Counted from the stretch's first letter, positions 36,103 to 46,582 are shown. The stretch: 64,000 nt of DNA from an uncultured Eubacteriales bacterium (GCA_934503195.1 CAKSVM010000004.1:3865-67864), one strand, 5' to 3'. Notes: generated by a model not told the origin, from the letters alone. Translations and numbers: made by a program.

Positions 36103-36888
36103 TCAGTTGAGCTTTCCGCTTTTCGCGTACTCTCCGGGCGAAACTCCGGTGAACTTCTTGAATGTTTTTGAAAAGTGGAACGAATCGTAGAATCCGACCT
36201 CGGCGGCCGTCTCGTCGATCGTAAGCCCGGAGAGGAGAAGCTGCTTTGCACGGTTTATCCGCACCATACGCCGGTATTCGCTCGGCGTGACGCCGAAGCA
36301 CTGCCTGAAGAGCCTTTCGAGATTCGAGACGCAGGTCGACGACATCGCCGCGATCTCGCTTATCGGCGTGTTCAGCGCGCAGAACTCGTTTATATACCTG
36401 ACGCTCTTGTCGATACGCGCGAGCGCGGCCTTATTCACGTTCTGACGCTTTGAGATCGCAAGGTCGATCAGCTTGCAGAGGTTTGAAAAGCAGGCGAACT
36501 GCTTTGAGTCGTCAAGCGTCAGAAAATCGTTCATTATATCGGTCACAAGCGTGCGGGATTCGGGTATCTCCAGCCTCTCAAAGAATTTCGGCGAATCGAA
36601 AAGTGGAGTCGGAATCCCGTTTTTCCGCAGAATGAAATCTATCTGATAGTATTCGGTCTCGGGACGCCTGACATAATTTTTATAGTGAGATCCGAGTGGG
36701 AGATAGACCAGCGTTCCTTCGGTTCCGGTCATGGTCATTTTGTCAAATTCGAATCGCTGCTCCCCGTTTATGTAATAGCTGAATCCGTCGGCGTCGCGCG
36801 ACTGGCAGTCGTAAAGCGGGTTGACCCGGATGCGGTGAATACATCTTACGATCTCAATATTCAGATTCCGTACATTTGAAAGCTCCAT
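36103..36888 (-). CDS. AraC family transcriptional regulator
   Basis: ORF 36103..36921. The start is set at the ATG at 36888 (MELSNV), which is preceded by GGAGGTG. C-terminal 'TAAEVGFYDSFHFSKTFKKFTGVSPGEY'. Confidence 0.85.
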   Translation of the reverse strand: MELSNVRNLNIEIVRCIHRIRVNPLYDCQSRDADGFSYYINGEQRFEFDKMTMTGTEGTLVYLPLGSHYKNYVRRPETEYYQIDFILRKNGIPTPLFDSPKFFERLEIPESRTLVTDIMNDFLTLDDSKQFACFSNLCKLIDLAISKRQNVNKAALARIDKSVRYINEFCALNTPISEIAAMSSTCVSNLERLFRQCFGVTPSEYRRMVRINRAKQLLLSGLTIDETAAEVGFYDSFHFSKTFKKFTGVSPGEYAKSGKLN

Positions 36889-37055
36889 TTTCGCGCACCT
36901 CCACGAATACAATTCTATCACAAACCGTGCATTTTGTCAATGGCGGGAAAGCAATATTGCGATTCCTTACATAAATCGGCCGGATACATACATTGAAAAA
37001 GTCTTTTGGGTGTGGTATTATAAATAAAACAACTTCTCCCGAAAGGAAATATTCT

Positions 37056-39947
37056 ATGGAAAACGCAAACATTACCGCACAAAACGAGGAGACCGCCAGA
37101 CTCCTTATGAACTACGACCGGACGATCGCCCTCTTACGGTGCGGCGCGGACGATGAGTTGGTCGGCAGTCTCGCGTCGATTCTCAGAGACGACGGATGGT
37201 TCGTTCACGAGATATCGGACGAGAATTTCATGAAGCTCCGCGGCGAGCAGATCGGCGGGATAACGGTGATCTGCGACGGCGGAACGCTTTCGCCAGAGCT
37301 TGAGGAATCAGTGGAACGCTATCTCAACGAAAACGGACGGCTCTTCATCTTCGGCGGTCCGCTCTTCGGAAACCACGATATAACAAAGCGGACTATGCTC
37401 CTTGAAGGCGTGAGTCCGCTCTACAAGACCTATACCGTCGATGACTGCGACACGTTCGAGACGCTCCCTCAGTCAATAACGAAAGCAAGGCTTTCGGGAA
37501 AGGTCAAGCGCGTGATCTGTCCGAGCGCGCGTCCTGACGGAGCCGGGTTCGGGATGAACCGCAGATGCCGCCTGCTTCCACTCGTGAACGTCAGAAAGGA
37601 AAGCGGACGCGACGGCGGACGCCGCGGGGCGATCGCGTATTTCGTACTCTCGGACACGATCGGACACATGGTCTGCACGCCCGGAACGAGACTCGGAAAC
37701 GTTTCGCCGATCACTCAGGGAAGCGTCGCGGCCGTGATCGGAATGTCGCTTTCCGACGCGCTCGCGCTCGACGGAAAAGAGCTGATCTCTGACATGGCAA
37801 GGAGCCTTGGAACCGGGTTATTCCTCTTTGAGGCCGGATCCGAACGGTATGTGAGCCGTCCGGACGAGAAGATTGAGGTCGGAGCGAAGATCCTCTCGGC
37901 GTCGCGCGATTATCTCGGCGTCAGCGTCAGGTTCAGGCTGAATGGTGTCGAAAAGACTCGCGATGTCATGACGGTCGGACAGAATTACACGACGATCCGC
38001 GAGTCGTTTGACAGGCTTCCGGAGGGCGGATATTTCGTTGAGACCGAGCTTATCCTTGACGGCCGGGTCATCGATTCGGTGCGCGAGGAGATCTTCGTGA
38101 CAAACGGACGCCACTCGTCGGATCCGGAGGATTTCATTAAGGTGGAAAACGGGAATTTCAGGCTTTGCGGCGGGAACTGGTATATGTACGGAATCAACTA
38201 TTTCCCGCTTCATCAGGTCAGCCTTGAACTCAACGATTACTGGCGCGGCGCGTTCGATAAGTCGAATTATATTCAGTCCGAGGTCGAAAAGGATCTCGCG
38301 AATATCAAGAATCACGGCATGAACACCGTCGCGATACGGATTGACAGCAACGCTTTCGAGAATGTCATCGATCCGCTGAAGGACTTCTTCTGCCGCTGCG
38401 CGAGACTCGGACTCAGAGTCATGATGAGCTTCTGCAACATAACAAATCCCCTGTTCTTTAATGAAGCCGCGTTCGCGGAGTTCATGCGCCAGCTTGACGT
38501 CGCGGACGATCCGACGCTCTTTGCGCATGATATCTTCTGGGAGAGCGGCGAAGGATTCTCGATTGATATCCACGCCAGAAGGTTTTCCACAGAATGGGGA
38601 AAGTGGCTTTCCGACACCTACGGCGATCTTGAATCGGCGGCAAAGTCGCTCGGCGGACTCGATCACACAGCGTCGGGGCTTCTCATAACGCCGCCGAGAA
38701 GCGATTTCTCAAAGCGCGATCCGAAGCTCCGCGCGAAGATGACCGCCTACACGCGGTTCCTTTCCGACATGGTGAGCCGGAAGTGGAATAACGCGATAAG
38801 AGCAATGAAAAAGTACGACGACAATCATCTCTACACGAACCGCGTCGGAAATTTCTCCGAGAATATTCCGAATATCTTTCTTTCGGGAGCGGCGAAGCAT
38901 CTTGATTTCCTCTGCCTTGAAGCCTACGCGCTTACGCTCGACGACATCGGATTCTGCGCCTCGGCCGCGCTCGACCGTGCCGCGCATTATGTCGGCGGCG
39001 GGAAGCCGGTCACATGGGTCGAGTACGGAATAAGCCTTCCCGGAATGAGCGGTCTGGCGTTCGGAATGAAGGTTCTCTGGGACGGCGAAAGGAATTCTCC
39101 GCTCGACTGGAGGCTCGAGGAGCAAAGACAGTATCAGGAGCAGTTCAACAGACTCTTTAAGTTCTGCGTGTCGAAGGGAAGCCTTCCGTGGTTCTACGCC
39201 GGGGGATTCAGGTACACCGAGCACAGCGACTGCGGATACACCGCGCCTGACGGCTCGGATCGTCCGGTGCTTGAGGAATATTCGAAGCTCGGCGAATGGT
39301 TCCTTGAAGATCGTCCCGAAAAGCCGATCGAATATGTCCGCGTCGACCCGGAGGGAGAGCATTCGAACTGGTGTCAGATTTTCTTCGGCGAGGGGACGTT
39401 CAGCAAATTCGCCTTTGACCGCGCGAGACTGATAAACGGAAAGCCGCTCAAAGACAATCGCGTTCCGGGCGTCGGAATCAGGGCGGCAAAACGCGCCTTC
39501 GAGTCGGGCGGGATATTTGAGTTCGTAACAAAAGGAAGCGGAACGACATCGGCTGACACTCCGCTCGATCTCTGCGGCGACGCCGAGGGCGTCGGACCTT
39601 ATAAGTATCTCGACGCCGAGTTCAACTTTGTGAGATTCATCTCGGACGGAAGGGTTTACGAACCGGAAAACGGACGCGTCACGCTTCCGGCCGGAAAATA
39701 CAGAATCGAGGCCGGAGTCGGGAATCTCGCGGCGGCGAAGTGGCTTGTCGGGGAGGATTCCGGAAAGGTCGCCGTGAGGTGCGGGGATTCGCTTCTGAGG
39801 CTCGAATCCGACGTACCGTATCTCGCGGACGGAATCGCTTCGGGTGAGATCGAGATAACCGAGAACACCGACCTCGCGCTCCGCGCCGTAGTCATTGGAC
39901 GCGCGGAATTCGGCGAAATTTCAATACTTCGAATTGATGTTCAGTAA
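37056..39947 (+). CDS. Large glycoside-hydrolase-like protein (GH5/cellulase-like TIM-barrel core; family uncertain)
   Basis: ORF 36993..39947. The start is set at the ATG at 37056 (MENANIT), preceded by AAAGGAAA. The core 'GGNWYMYGINYFP...EVEKDLANIKNHGMNTVAIRID' is typical of clan GH-A enzymes. No signal peptide. Confidence 0.65.
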   Translation: MENANITAQNEETARLLMNYDRTIALLRCGADDELVGSLASILRDDGWFVHEISDENFMKLRGEQIGGITVICDGGTLSPELEESVERYLNENGRLFIFGGPLFGNHDITKRTMLLEGVSPLYKTYTVDDCDTFETLPQSITKARLSGKVKRVICPSARPDGAGFGMNRRCRLLPLVNVRKESGRDGGRRGAIAYFVLSDTIGHMVCTPGTRLGNVSPITQGSVAAVIGMSLSDALALDGKELISDMARSLGTGLFLFEAGSERYVSRPDEKIEVGAKILSASRDYLGVSVRFRLNGVEKTRDVMTVGQNYTTIRESFDRLPEGGYFVETELILDGRVIDSVREEIFVTNGRHSSDPEDFIKVENGNFRLCGGNWYMYGINYFPLHQVSLELNDYWRGAFDKSNYIQSEVEKDLANIKNHGMNTVAIRIDSNAFENVIDPLKDFFCRCARLGLRVMMSFCNITNPLFFNEAAFAEFMRQLDVADDPTLFAHDIFWESGEGFSIDIHARRFSTEWGKWLSDTYGDLESAAKSLGGLDHTASGLLITPPRSDFSKRDPKLRAKMTAYTRFLSDMVSRKWNNAIRAMKKYDDNHLYTNRVGNFSENIPNIFLSGAAKHLDFLCLEAYALTLDDIGFCASAALDRAAHYVGGGKPVTWVEYGISLPGMSGLAFGMKVLWDGERNSPLDWRLEEQRQYQEQFNRLFKFCVSKGSLPWFYAGGFRYTEHSDCGYTAPDGSDRPVLEEYSKLGEWFLEDRPEKPIEYVRVDPEGEHSNWCQIFFGEGTFSKFAFDRARLINGKPLKDNRVPGVGIRAAKRAFESGGIFEFVTKGSGTTSADTPLDLCGDAEGVGPYKYLDAEFNFVRFISDGRVYEPENGRVTLPAGKYRIEAGVGNLAAAKWLVGEDSGKVAVRCGDSLLRLESDVPYLADGIASGEIEITENTDLALRAVVIGRAEFGEISILRIDVQ

Positions 39948-39960
39948 AGGAGAAAGATAA

Positions 39961-41409
39961 ATGAAACGCACAGCATCAGCACTTTTAATCGCGGCGACTC
40001 TCATGTCGCTCTATTCCTGCGGAACGGCAGAGCTTCCGGAGGAGACCACGCCGCCTGACGTCACAACTCCCGAGGAGACGAAGGAATTCGTATATGAATA
40101 TCCCGAACTCGACCTTGGAGGCGGAGAATTCACGATTCTCAACGGAAGAATCAGCTGGGGCGGGTTCATCTACCAGCTCGACTTTGACTCGCAGAACGGC
40201 GAGACGCTGAACGACGCGATCTATGGCCGCGACCGGAAGATCGAGGAAAAATTCGGGCTGAAATTAAGCATCGTCGAGGAGGATATCCACTCGGCCGACA
40301 AGGCTCTCCAGCGTTCGGTAATGGCTCAGGACGACACGTATAAAGCGGCTTTCATCAAGGGAACCGGACTTTCGAATCTTGTCGCCGAGGAATATCTTTA
40401 CGACCTTTCGAAGGTCGACACGATGGCAATTGACGAGAGCTGGTGGGACGGCTTTGTGAGAGAGGAAGCGAAGCTCGGAAAGAGCGGAAAGCTCTATTTC
40501 GCCGCGAGCGATATCTCGCTTGTCGGATTCCAAGGCTCGGTCGCGGCCTTCTTCAATGAAAACAAGCTTGCCGATCTCGGGCTTGACACTCCGTATCAGC
40601 TTGTGCGCGATGGAAAATGGACGCTCGACGCGCTTTCGGAATATATGAAGGCCGGGGCGAATCTGAACGGTGACTCAACCTTCGCGTGGAATTCCTCCGC
40701 CGCGGCCGAATACGGACTCGCGACGTGGACGACCGGAGTCAGCGCGTTCATCACCGGATGTGACGAGTCATTCATCGACCGGAATGAAAGCGGCGATCCG
40801 ATTTTGGGCTGCCGCGACGATCGTTTCTTCGGAGTCTTGCAGAAGCTCGCGGGGATGTTCGCTAAAGAGGGAGAATTCCTTCTGACAAGCGGATCCGGGG
40901 TCGATCATTACGAGACGATCTTCGCGAACCGCCGCGCGCTGATGCTCGTCGCCGAGCTTAAAGCGTCGTCGAAGTACCGCGATATCGATTTCACCTTCGG
41001 CATCGTTCCGATGCCGAAATATGACGAGTCGCAGGAGAGCTATTACTGCTACCGCTGGCAGGACACGCCGATGCTCTGTATTCCGGTGACGAATTCCGAT
41101 CCGGCCTCGACCGGAGCCATAATGGACGCGATGGCGTATATCTCGTATGACAGCGTGCTTCCGGTATTCTATGAGAACACGATGGCGCAGAAGCAGCTGA
41201 GAAACGACGAGTCGATCGAGATGCTCGCGATCATCCGCGACAGCCGGAGCTTCAACACCGGACGAGTTTATGGCTGGACTGAACAGCTTTCGCTCGAAGT
41301 CGAGGCCGCGCTCAAAGAGGGCAGAACCGATCTCGCGTCGCTGATTGAGAGCAAACGCTCGCAGATTGAGCAGAATATAAGGGAAACTATGGAGGTAATG
41401 AATAAATGA
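39961..41409 (+). CDS. ABC-type extracellular solute-binding lipoprotein
   Basis: 482 aa. Lipobox 'SLYSCGT'. 'DGKWTLDALSEY' and 'VPMPKYDESQ'. RBS AAAGGAGAAA. Confidence 0.85.
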   Translation: MKRTASALLIAATLMSLYSCGTAELPEETTPPDVTTPEETKEFVYEYPELDLGGGEFTILNGRISWGGFIYQLDFDSQNGETLNDAIYGRDRKIEEKFGLKLSIVEEDIHSADKALQRSVMAQDDTYKAAFIKGTGLSNLVAEEYLYDLSKVDTMAIDESWWDGFVREEAKLGKSGKLYFAASDISLVGFQGSVAAFFNENKLADLGLDTPYQLVRDGKWTLDALSEYMKAGANLNGDSTFAWNSSAAAEYGLATWTTGVSAFITGCDESFIDRNESGDPILGCRDDRFFGVLQKLAGMFAKEGEFLLTSGSGVDHYETIFANRRALMLVAELKASSKYRDIDFTFGIVPMPKYDESQESYYCYRWQDTPMLCIPVTNSDPASTGAIMDAMAYISYDSVLPVFYENTMAQKQLRNDESIEMLAIIRDSRSFNTGRVYGWTEQLSLEVEAALKEGRTDLASLIESKRSQIEQNIRETMEVMNK

Positions 41410-42881
41410 AAACAAAGAAAATAGCCGATAATCTGACGCGCGCTTTTTCGCTCACACTGGCACTTATGATATTACTCGCGTCTTGCGGCGAGGGCGGAAA
41501 TGCGAACGTCGAAACGACTGATCCTGAGATCACAGGATCAGTAAGAGTCGAAAGCACGACAGTCAACCCCGGCGAGGTATCGTCGCTACCAGAAAATTTC
41601 GATCTTGAAAACTATGAGTTCAGTCTCCTCCGCCAGACTCCCTCCGAAATAGTGTGGTCGCTCAACGAGTTCGCGCCGGATGAGCAGAGCGGTGAGGTTC
41701 TGAGCGACGCGTTCTATCAGCGAAATCAGAAGGTGACCGAAAAATACAATTTCAGGATTACAGTCACCGACAACGCTTCGAAGACGCGCGACCTGATCAG
41801 AACGTCGGTACTCGCCGGGGACGACGAATACGACGCCGCGCTCATAAGAATCGACGAGGAGAAGAACGCTTACGACGGCACATATCTTAACCTTCACGAG
41901 CTTCCGTATCTTGATCTCGAAAAGAGCTGGTGGAGTCAGTCGCTGATAGCTGACATGACAATCGGCGGCGTGCTGCCTTTCCTGACCGGAGACATCATCG
42001 TCTGCGAAAACGATTCGATGTACATGACGATGTACAACAGCGCGCTCGGCGCGGATTTCGGAATCGGCGATCTCTATGAGACGGTGCGCGAGGGGAAATG
42101 GACGATTGACAGTATGTATTCCGCTATGAAGTTTGTCAACGCCGATCTCAACGACGACGGAAAGTATGACGAGAATGACCGATATGGTTTGCTCTACGCA
42201 GACAACGCGGCGGCTCTGCCGTATTTTGCCGGAACAGAAACCCTCCTCTTTGAAGGACAGGGAGATGAGATCACCTATAACGCGAACTCCGAGCGTGCTT
42301 ACTCGGTCTATGAAAAGATGCAGACAATCCTTTCGGACAACACTATATCGTATAACTGGTCGAATCTCAAAACCGACATTTCCGCGAAGATCGCCGGGAT
42401 GATTGAGTCGAAAAAAGTGCTTTTCCAGACGATGGTGCTTTCGTTTGTCAGAAGAAACTTCCGCGACGTAAAGACCGACTTCGGACTCCTTCCGCTCCCG
42501 AAATACGATGAGAGTCAGGCAGAATACGCGACCTGTATCGGCACAGCGACGCCATATCTCTTCGTTCCGGCGACTGTGAAGGACACCGAAAAGGTCGGAT
42601 TCATTCTCGAAGCCCTCGCGTCAGAGTCTGAGGAGATCACCGAGACCTATTACAAGGTCGCGATGCAGTCGAAGTACACGCGCGACGACGAGTCGTATGA
42701 GATGATCGAACTCGCACAGCAAAATATCGTTTTCGACACCGGATTCATCTTCGATTTCGGCGGGCTTATGGGGCAGATCAGACTCGGACTTATGAAGGAC
42801 ACCCCGTACGCGTCGCTCATCGCCTCGTACGAGACTGCCGCGAATGAAGCCGTAACGAAGCTCTATGAAAGTGTAAAATAA
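41406..42881 (+). CDS. ABC-type extracellular solute-binding lipoprotein (tandem paralog)
   Basis: 491 aa. Lipobox 'LLASCGE'. 'EGKWTIDSMYSA' and 'LPLPKYDESQ'. ATGA overlap with the preceding SBP gene. Confidence 0.85.
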   Translation: MKTKKIADNLTRAFSLTLALMILLASCGEGGNANVETTDPEITGSVRVESTTVNPGEVSSLPENFDLENYEFSLLRQTPSEIVWSLNEFAPDEQSGEVLSDAFYQRNQKVTEKYNFRITVTDNASKTRDLIRTSVLAGDDEYDAALIRIDEEKNAYDGTYLNLHELPYLDLEKSWWSQSLIADMTIGGVLPFLTGDIIVCENDSMYMTMYNSALGADFGIGDLYETVREGKWTIDSMYSAMKFVNADLNDDGKYDENDRYGLLYADNAAALPYFAGTETLLFEGQGDEITYNANSERAYSVYEKMQTILSDNTISYNWSNLKTDISAKIAGMIESKKVLFQTMVLSFVRRNFRDVKTDFGLLPLPKYDESQAEYATCIGTATPYLFVPATVKDTEKVGFILEALASESEEITETYYKVAMQSKYTRDDESYEMIELAQQNIVFDTGFIFDFGGLMGQIRLGLMKDTPYASLIASYETAANEAVTKLYESVK

Positions 42882-42892
42882 AAGGAAATCTT

Positions 42893-43861
42893 ATGGATAA
42901 GACAAAAGTTAAGGAGATCATCGGAAGATACGGTGTTCTCCCGGTGATAAACATAACCGAAAAGGAAACGGCGGTTCCGCTTGCCGATTCTCTCGCTGCC
43001 GGAGGACTGCCGCTCATCGAGGTGACTCTCCGCTCGGAAAGCTCGCTTGAGTCGATAAAAGCGATTAAGAAAGCGCGGCCGGAGATTCTTGTCGGCGCGG
43101 GAACGGTGCTCACGACCGGAAAGGTCGACGCCGCTATAGACGCCGGAGCTGATTTCATCGTCTCACCTGGATATGATCCGGAGCTTTTCAGGTACTGCAA
43201 CAAGCTCGGTGTCGCGGTGACGCCGGGATGCTCGACGGCGAGCGAGATTCAGGACGCGGTGAAAAACGGCGTTGAGATCGTGAAATTCTTCCCGGCCGAA
43301 CAGAGCGGCGGACTGAAGACGATAAAGCTTCTCTCCGGTCCGTTTCCGGGAGTGAAATTCCTTCCGACCGGAGGAATCACACTCGATAATCTCGGCGGAT
43401 ATCTCTCATGCGATAAGGTGATCGCCTGCGGAGGGAGCTTCATGGCGAATTCCGCTATGATCGCGGCGGGCGATTTCGATGGGATAACCAAGAACTGCGA
43501 GAGGGCGGTTCGCGAGTCGCTCGGATTCAGGCTGGCGCACATCGGAATAAACGGCAAAAGCCGCGAGGATTCGCTCGGAACGGCAAAGTTCATCGCGTCG
43601 CTCTTCGGATTCCCGATACGCGAATGCTCGGCGTCGGTCTTCGCGGGAGAAATTGCCGAGTGCATGGATTCTCCGCGCGGAACAAACGGACATATCGGCA
43701 TCTCGACAAGATCGTTAGTCCGCGCGATGGAATATCTTTCGGTAAAAGGCGTGAAATTTGATGTTGAGACGATGAAGTACGACAAAGCCGGGAATGTGAC
43801 CTGCGCGTATTTCAGTGAAGAGATCGCGGGATTTGCTTGGCATATTGTAAAAGGAGAGTAA
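42893..43861 (+). CDS. eda: KDPG/KHG aldolase (Eda family) fused to a C-terminal glyoxalase/VOC-like domain
   Basis: 322 aa. The first ~210 aa 'VLPVINI...GGLPLIEVTLRS...GAGTVLT...FIVSPG...VKFFPAE..GG...LPTGG' follow the Eda pattern. The last ~110 aa 'FRLAHIGINGKS...NGHIGISTRSLVRAMEYLSVKGVKF' are VOC-like. Confidence 0.8.
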   Translation: MDKTKVKEIIGRYGVLPVINITEKETAVPLADSLAAGGLPLIEVTLRSESSLESIKAIKKARPEILVGAGTVLTTGKVDAAIDAGADFIVSPGYDPELFRYCNKLGVAVTPGCSTASEIQDAVKNGVEIVKFFPAEQSGGLKTIKLLSGPFPGVKFLPTGGITLDNLGGYLSCDKVIACGGSFMANSAMIAAGDFDGITKNCERAVRESLGFRLAHIGINGKSREDSLGTAKFIASLFGFPIRECSASVFAGEIAECMDSPRGTNGHIGISTRSLVRAMEYLSVKGVKFDVETMKYDKAGNVTCAYFSEEIAGFAWHIVKGE

Positions 43862-43862
43862 G

Positions 43863-44885
43863 ATGAAAAAAGTAATCGGATTCGGGGACTATATGCTCCG
43901 CCTTGGCCCGGAAGGGTATCTGAAATTAATTCAGGCTGACAGATTTGTCCTGAATTACACGGGAGCCGAGGGAAATGTCGTCACCTCGCTCGCTTACATG
44001 GGCATTCCGACCGAGCTTGTGACAAAGCTCCCCGAAAACGCGATCGCCGAGTGCGCTGAGGCGAATCTCAGAAAATACCGCGTCGGATGCGAGCATATCG
44101 CTCACGGCGGCGATCGGATCGGAATTTTCTACGCCGAGAAAGGCGCGTCGCAGCGTCCGTCGGGAATTGTTTACGACCGGAAACACTCGGCGTTCTCGAC
44201 GAGCGAGCCGGAGGATTATGACTGGAACGAAATTCTTGACGGCGCGGGATACTTCCACTTCACCGGAATAACCCCGGCTCTCGGCGGAAAGCTCCCGGAA
44301 ATCTGCCTTGAAGCCTGCGAGACAGCGAAAAAACTTGGTGTCACGGTCAGCTGCGATCTCAATTACCGCAAGAATCTCTGGAGCCGCGAGAACGCGAAGA
44401 AAACTATGGAAAAGCTTCTCGGATATGTCGATATTCTCATCGCCAACGAGGAAGACGCGGCCGACGTGCTCGGAATCCGCGCCGCTGATTCCGACGTGAT
44501 CTCGGGAAAGCTCTCGCGCGAGGGATATGTTGACGTGGCAAGACAGATAAGCGAAAAATACGGCATCGAAAAGGTCGCGATAACTCTCAGAAAGAGCATC
44601 AGCGCGTCGGACAACGACTGGTCGGCACTTTTATACGACGGAGGCGTTCCGTATTTCTCGAAGGAATATCACATTCATATTGTCGACCGCGTCGGCGGCG
44701 GAGATTCATTCGCGGCGGGACTGATTTACGCTGTCGGAAATGGTTTTCCACCGAAGGAATGCGTTGAGTTTGCGGCGGCGGCTTCCTGCCTCAAACAGAC
44801 GATTGAGCTTGACGTCAATCTCTCAAAGTCGTCGGATATTCTCCGTCTCATGAATGGCGACGGCTCAGGCCGCGTGCAGAGATGA
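43863..44885 (+). CDS. kdgK: 2-dehydro-3-deoxygluconokinase (PfkB family sugar kinase)
   Basis: 340 aa. PfkB motifs 'GAEGNV' and 'DRVGGGDSFAAGLIY'. Operon context with the Eda and UxuA-like genes. Confidence 0.8.
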   Translation: MKKVIGFGDYMLRLGPEGYLKLIQADRFVLNYTGAEGNVVTSLAYMGIPTELVTKLPENAIAECAEANLRKYRVGCEHIAHGGDRIGIFYAEKGASQRPSGIVYDRKHSAFSTSEPEDYDWNEILDGAGYFHFTGITPALGGKLPEICLEACETAKKLGVTVSCDLNYRKNLWSRENAKKTMEKLLGYVDILIANEEDAADVLGIRAADSDVISGKLSREGYVDVARQISEKYGIEKVAITLRKSISASDNDWSALLYDGGVPYFSKEYHIHIVDRVGGGDSFAAGLIYAVGNGFPPKECVEFAAAASCLKQTIELDVNLSKSSDILRLMNGDGSGRVQR

Positions 44886-44909
44886 GCCCGAAAGGAATTA
44901 CAAAAAAAG

Positions 44910-45752
44910 ATGAAACCCGAAATAATCCTTGATCTTCCGCTTCTCGTCGGGGAAAGCCCGGTCTGGGACGACCGGAAAAACGAGCTGCTCTTCATTGATA
45001 TCCGCGGGAAATGCTTCTATCGGATGGACTACGCGACCGGAAAGTACGAAAAGACCGATCTTCCACAGCTGGTCGGGTGTCTGGCACTCTGTGAAAACGA
45101 TGATCTCCTGATCTCGCTGGAGGACGGCGTTTACCGTTTTACTGACGGCGCACTGACTCCGGCGCACAAAATAACAAAGCTCAAAGGCGAACGTTTCAAT
45201 GACGGAAAGGTCGGACCGGACGGATATTACTACGTCGGCACGGCGGGAGAGAATTTTTCCGGAGCGTTCTATCGTCTCGGTAAAGATGGGCTTGTCGAGC
45301 TTTTCGACCGCTGCGGATGCTCAAACGGACTCGACTGGACAGCCGACGGAAAGGTCATGTACTACTGCGATTCGCGCGAGCAGAAGCTCGAACGCTTCGA
45401 TTTCGACGCGATATCGCATACTGTCAGCAGACGCTCAACGATAGAGGAAATCCCGCTCGCGGTCGGGAGCGGAGACGGAATGACGATCGACGCGGACGGA
45501 AATCTCTGGCTCGCCGTATGGGGCGGCTCGCGCGTTCTGCATATCGACCCCGTGAGCGGAAAAACGCTTGACGAGATAATCCTTCCGGCGGGTCAGGTCA
45601 GCTCCTGCTGTTTTGCCGGGGACGATCTCGGCGACCTTATCATAACGACGGCCGCCGTCCGCACCGTTCTTACAAAAGAGCCGCTCGCCGGACGGATATT
45701 CAGAGTCCGCCCCGGCGTGAAAGGCGTGAAATTCGCGAGGTATAAATTTTAA
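44910..45752 (+). CDS. SMP-30/gluconolactonase/LRE family protein (sugar lactonase)
   Basis: 280 aa. 'GESPVWDDRKNELLFIDI', 'RFNDGKVGPDGYYYVG', 'SNGLDWTADGKVMYYCDS' and 'GDGMTIDADGNLWLAVWGG' are classic beta-propeller lactonase motifs. Confidence 0.85.
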   Translation: MKPEIILDLPLLVGESPVWDDRKNELLFIDIRGKCFYRMDYATGKYEKTDLPQLVGCLALCENDDLLISLEDGVYRFTDGALTPAHKITKLKGERFNDGKVGPDGYYYVGTAGENFSGAFYRLGKDGLVELFDRCGCSNGLDWTADGKVMYYCDSREQKLERFDFDAISHTVSRRSTIEEIPLAVGSGDGMTIDADGNLWLAVWGGSRVLHIDPVSGKTLDEIILPAGQVSSCCFAGDDLGDLIITTAAVRTVLTKEPLAGRIFRVRPGVKGVKFARYKF

Positions 45753-46582
45753 TGGAAAAGCAAAACAAAACCGTAATCGTAACCGGGGCGGAGATCGGAC
45801 ACACCGGGTACGCGATCGCCGCGAGATTCGCCAAAGCAGGATATAACGCCGTTGCCGTCTGCCTTGACGAAAAAGACGCGGTGGCTTCAGCGTGTGCGAT
45901 AAGAAGAGATTTCGGAGTCGACGCGCTTGGCTTCGGACTCGATCTCAGAAGCGAAAGTGACGCCGCTGAACTCTTCGCTGAACTTGACCGTCTTGGAATA
46001 TTTGCCGAAACGCTGATACTGAATGCCGCCGATCTCGCTCTCGGCGAAGATCCGTCGGTCGGGACGCCGTTTTTCTCGGTGACGCCGGAATATCTCGATC
46101 ATATTCTGAAGGCGAACGTCGTCGGAAATTTCCGTATGGCAAAGCTCGCCGCAGAGAGAATGCGCGAGCGGCACAAGGGGTCGATTGTCTTCATGAGCTC
46201 GAATTCGGCGGTCCGTCCGAATCCCGACCGTGTGCCGTATGTCACTTCAAAGGGCGCGATAAACTCAATGGCGCGTTCGATGGCGGTCGATCTCGGAAAG
46301 TTCGGAATCAGATGCAACGCGATAATGCCGGGGACGATAAAAACCGCAAGATGGATAGCTATGGGCGACAAGCAGATTTCGAACGGAAGCATGACGCCAA
46401 TCGGCGACATTTCGGACTTTGACGACATCGCGAACGCGGCGTATTACCTCGGCTCTGACGAGTCGAAGAACGTCACGGGAACCGAGATAACGGTCGACGG
46501 CGGAATGTCAACGCAGATCTATCCGGCAGTACTGAATAAGTACCGCGCTGAGGAAATCGCCCGAAGGGAGAATGAAAAATGA
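45752..46582 (+). CDS. SDR family oxidoreductase (candidate sugar dehydrogenase)
   Basis: 276 aa. 'VTGAEIGHTGYAIA', 'YVTSKGA' (YxxxK) and 'PGTIKT'. TAATG overlap upstream and ATGA overlap downstream. Confidence 0.85.
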   Translation: MEKQNKTVIVTGAEIGHTGYAIAARFAKAGYNAVAVCLDEKDAVASACAIRRDFGVDALGFGLDLRSESDAAELFAELDRLGIFAETLILNAADLALGEDPSVGTPFFSVTPEYLDHILKANVVGNFRMAKLAAERMRERHKGSIVFMSSNSAVRPNPDRVPYVTSKGAINSMARSMAVDLGKFGIRCNAIMPGTIKTARWIAMGDKQISNGSMTPIGDISDFDDIANAAYYLGSDESKNVTGTEITVDGGMSTQIYPAVLNKYRAEEIARRENEK

